Below, one piece after another: positions 46,619 through 50,255 of a DNA stretch of 50,255 nt. The stretch is from Saprolegnia diclina VS20 (lineage: Eukaryota). Numbering within the stretch: position 1 is the stretch's first letter; the number at the start of each line of letters is the position of its first letter. The notes under the pieces are model-generated. The model made no database searches. It was given only the letters and a program-made list of their open reading frames with translations, and had not been told where the DNA came from. Where the stretch lies: positions 946,879 through 997,133 of the forward strand of contig NW_008246075.1 of NCBI RefSeq assembly GCF_000281045.1, given 5' to 3'. The position numbers were made by a program, and so were the translations under genes.

Positions 46619-49345
46619 GGCTTGAGGAAGAAATCGAAAGTGGTTGCAGGCCGGGCGCAAATTCGATTTGGTGGCTTCACATACCTCTTACATCCTATAC
46701 TCTGTTGTTTATGATGCTTCCCTACCTCGTATAAAACAGAAAAGACCACGGAGAAGACCTTTGAAACTGGATACCTGTGCAGAATGCAATTTTAGTATCC
46801 TAGTCCACAGCATAAAAGGGCACCTTGGCCAGATGTGGTTGGGCTCTGACGGAGCTCCCGCGAGTTACGCCTGCGGCGCGCCATACGTTTTCAATGGACA
46901 GCAATATCGTACATTCATACAAACAATACGATAAATAGTACGTACATTGAGCGTACGATGTGTAATGCACGGCTACATTTGCACACCGGACAGCTGGCCA
47001 AGGATGTGGCGTGATCTGAAGCGCGATATCCATTGAATTTTGACCTTGGCGCTCCACATCTCTTGGCCGTCGGCCCATATGGAGCCAACTGTGGCCGGCA
47101 ACAAACGCCCACCTTGCAGTGGCCAGCGCTTTGACACAACCATGGTGGGATGACCTTGTATGCTCTCTGCGATGCAAAATACGTTGTTGGCGAAAAGGGG
47201 GCATGGAAGCCTTTCGCAGCGGCTATCAACCATGGCTCGGACCGACGCAGTCCACCAAGAAAGGTTCCCTGAGAGAACGCACGACGTAACGTGTCACGAT
47301 GGAAGCCATGGAAGCTATGGATGACGCCAGCAGATGCACGCGCACAGAGCATTGCAAAGGCGGGCGTCAACGGCCTTGGCGCCAAGCTTTTGCACGCGTC
47401 CTCCTGCATTATCATCGACCGAAGTTTGCTATATGGTAGCAGCGATTTCAGTGCAAGAAAAATAGTTGGCGCCGATGTCAAGGCAAGGGTGGTCTGCGAG
47501 CGTTGCCCTTCTGTACGGTCTGAATGACGTTTCTGGGTGTACTACGGTACAGTGCAATTGGACGAGAGCCGTTCATTTCGACACTTCAATCCACTTGGAT
47601 ACTCTCAAGTGTGGTATTGTGAGGACGGTTCAATGCCTTGTGTATTATCGATCGTACTAAGCTCGTGTTGCTTCAACCATGCACGTGTTGAAGATACCGC
47701 GACAACGCAGGCATTCGGTGCCTCAGCGCCCCCGCTTATGTATCATCAGGGTGGCGCAATGGGGAGTGTTGGGAAGGCATCGCATGTCTACCTTCGACAC
47801 AATAGCACTCGATAAAGTGTACTGGTATTCCTACACTCCTTGTCCCGGCACCGGTACCTACAGGCTCGATGGTTTTCCTTTCGCCGAGTCGGTGACTGTG
47901 CTTGACGTGTACTCGCATCAACACTTACCCTACGATCCCATGCCCTACCCGTACCAGTACGCATTGTGTCGTGACCAGGAATGGAGACACAATGAGGTCG
48001 CCCGTCATGTTGAGGCGTTCACACATTCCCTGCAAGTGTGTACATGGGTAATGTTAGGGAAGGAGGTTGGGATGGTCTACTAGCTCTTCACCAACGAACG
48101 ATACTTAGCAAGCTGCCTTGACAACTCGAACCATCGGCGAGGATTGATCTGGGTACCAGTACAATTGGCCTCCGCTCATGATCTCGGTCACACGGCCAAG
48201 GACGCCGCATCGGCACGTCGCTAATCTACAATTGCCCTTCCACACGCGCCAACTCGTCAACGTGGCTCGTAAAGCATTCAACAACGTATGCTAGTACATC
48301 AGTAGCTGCTCCAGGTGTACTAGTACAGGAGGTTTCTGCCCTTTTATGCCGTGAACGAACAGGAGCCAGAGGGTGCGTCTCCGTGGACACAACTGCAGCA
48401 ACTCACCGACCACATATTCGCGTAGTACGGTACGGTATTGACAAGATTGCCGAAGGATGTACTTGAACTCTATCCATCACGAGGCAGTAATCGACTTGCG
48501 TCCTCAATGACGTGGGAATATGATCGCGATCGGCCGACACGAGTGCCGTTGCTTGCACTCTTGCGCACGGCTTGGCTCAATAATGGGGGTGGCTAATAAC
48601 TGGCGACGCTGCATCGAGTGGCGTTGCAGCAAGGTCCGCGAAAACACGTCCAAAAAGCCGTGCTGAGCGATGTGTCGCGCGTTCGAAAGCCGGACGCTTC
48701 CCGGCAACCAGTATTGGTAGGAATGTTCAGTGCAGACAATGATATTACTGTGCATTGTTGTACTTGAGGTCTAGCTGCTACATTCAATATCGCTCTCAAT
48801 ATGAACAAGTCCTGTGTATGTATAAACCCCCTCGGACCGCAACGCGCCGAGCATCGGCATCGCTCGTGCGACAGGCGCAATTCCTGTTGCCGTTTCGGCG
48901 AAGCAGAACGCAATGTAGAAATCGCGCCATCTTGATACTACGCTTCCGATTGGCGGACCAGATAATCTTTCAGCCAATCACCGACGTCCCACGCATCCCG
49001 CTCGGACCGGCTACTTCTCATGCGGTTCGACGATCCGAGACGCATGTAATACAGTGCAAGAACCCACCATCCTCCGCGCTTCTCTCTGAGCGTCCTGCGT
49101 CCTTCTCGACCTCGGCGCTGCTCGTATATTGGACGCGGTCGATGATGCTAGTTTCCGGTGCCGTCGTCGTGTCCGGATAGCGACGGAAGAGGCTCGGGCG
49201 CCTGGTTTGTATGGAGTCCTGCTGTTTTCAGGCCTGTAAAGTTGGGCGACCGGCATGAAATATTAAAATATCAAATTATAATAATACATCGCCTGTTACT
49301 CACGCGCGGCCTTCATACGACGTATTGATAGTCGCCGGAAACCGC

Positions 49346-49445
49346 NNNNNNNNNNNNNNNNNNNNNNNNNNNNNNNNNNNNNNNNNNNNNNNNNNNNNNN
49401 NNNNNNNNNNNNNNNNNNNNNNNNNNNNNNNNNNNNNNNNNNNNN
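49346..49445. other. Assembly gap (100 N)
   Basis: Run of exactly 100 N, typical of an unknown-size gap. Confidence 0.99.
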
Positions 49446-50255
49446 TGCCCATCGACACGTCCAAGTGTTCGGGTGCCAAGCAGCTCACGATGCTCTGGAT
49501 GGCGCTCCACACGCCGCAGTGGCAAGCTTACAGTACGTCGTCACTACGTCCTTGTTGTATGAGGCTGCGATGTAAGCACTCAAGTATAGTACCTGTCACT
49601 AAGATGTCACCAAACCATTCTCATGTTGCACTTGCCGTGTGTTCTATGGGATAAATCTCTATGACTAGCATGATCATATGGTAATGAATGACTGAGAATG
49701 GCACGAGCGAGTTGGTCCCATCAAAAGATCCAGTTTCAGGATGCTTCAGAGTCTCAAAGTGGCTTCCGCAATTTTGCAGCGCCAGACATGGAGTGCCATT
49801 TAACGCGAAGTGCTTGCAAATCCGAGGGTGCGTTGACAGGATGTCTAGGTTCCGAGCGAAACATCCTTTGATCGAAATGCAACATAACGGAGAGCTGCTT
49901 CTGTACATCGGGATTATGTATTATGAATTGGACCCAGCTGACCAGCAGCTCACCAGTCGATTCTTTCTGGCAAACCCGTGTTCTCTTAGAAAACTCCAGC
50001 AAGTGACATTGACTTCAGTGGCTCGAACGATTCCAATTCTCCTTCGAACCTTGCCCCATTCTAGGTTATATTGCAAAGTAAAAGAGTCGACTGACTCGTC
50101 GCATCACCCAGTTCCTTGTGCTCAAGACAAAAAATTTCGAACCGAACGAAAGCCAGATCGAACGCCGTGCCAAAATCTGCAAAATTAAACTTAAATTTAG
50201 TTGTACGATTTAGTCGGCAAGTTGTCATAGTACAATGCTACTTGAAAAGGTACAC

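Noticed and set aside
42329..46714. 1461-aa plus-strand ORF
   Set aside because: Antisense shadow of the P-type ATPase, caused by GC-rich codon bias. Arg/Val/His-rich with no domain.
46700..50255. Short ORFs in the right-hand lower-GC region
   Set aside because: No recognisable domains and no gene-like codon bias. Probably intergenic or decayed sequence; this cannot be resolved without searches.

Overview
Eukaryotic, GC-rich, gene-dense genomic DNA with many short (about 40-60 nt) GT-AG introns, oomycete-type Inr/FPR and CCAAT promoter elements and two N-gaps. It most resembles a saprolegnialean oomycete (Saprolegnia/Achlya-like); this is an inference, not a database match. I can reconstruct about 18 protein genes and one tRNA-Thr(TGT): a secreted Ala-rich repeat protein (runs off the left edge, absent from the ORF track), a DUF4614/C19orf44-like protein, a BAF-like protein, GH3 beta-glucosidase, a cNMP-binding-like/mitochondrial-carrier fusion, ATG9, a PX protein, two SK/KCNN-like channel paralogues flanking L2HGDH, a coiled-coil protein, an EF-hand protein, a DAP-decarboxylase-like enzyme, a MYND-CSRNP protein, an ABC half-transporter, GPR89, a RanBP2 zinc-finger protein, RSPH4/6 and a Na/K-type P2C ATPase. 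The most striking signals are in membrane transport. (1) The ABC half-transporter carries an N-terminal voltage-sensor-like 4-TM domain and degenerate EF-hands. (2) Both SK-like channels lack GYGD (filters read TTHGLPG and LTLDFEE). (3) The P2C pump has several ion-binding residues substituted. (4) A cNMP-like domain is fused to a degenerate SLC25 carrier. A TATCCGGA motif also recurs in non-coding DNA. All splice models and family calls are manual, from motif recognition only.
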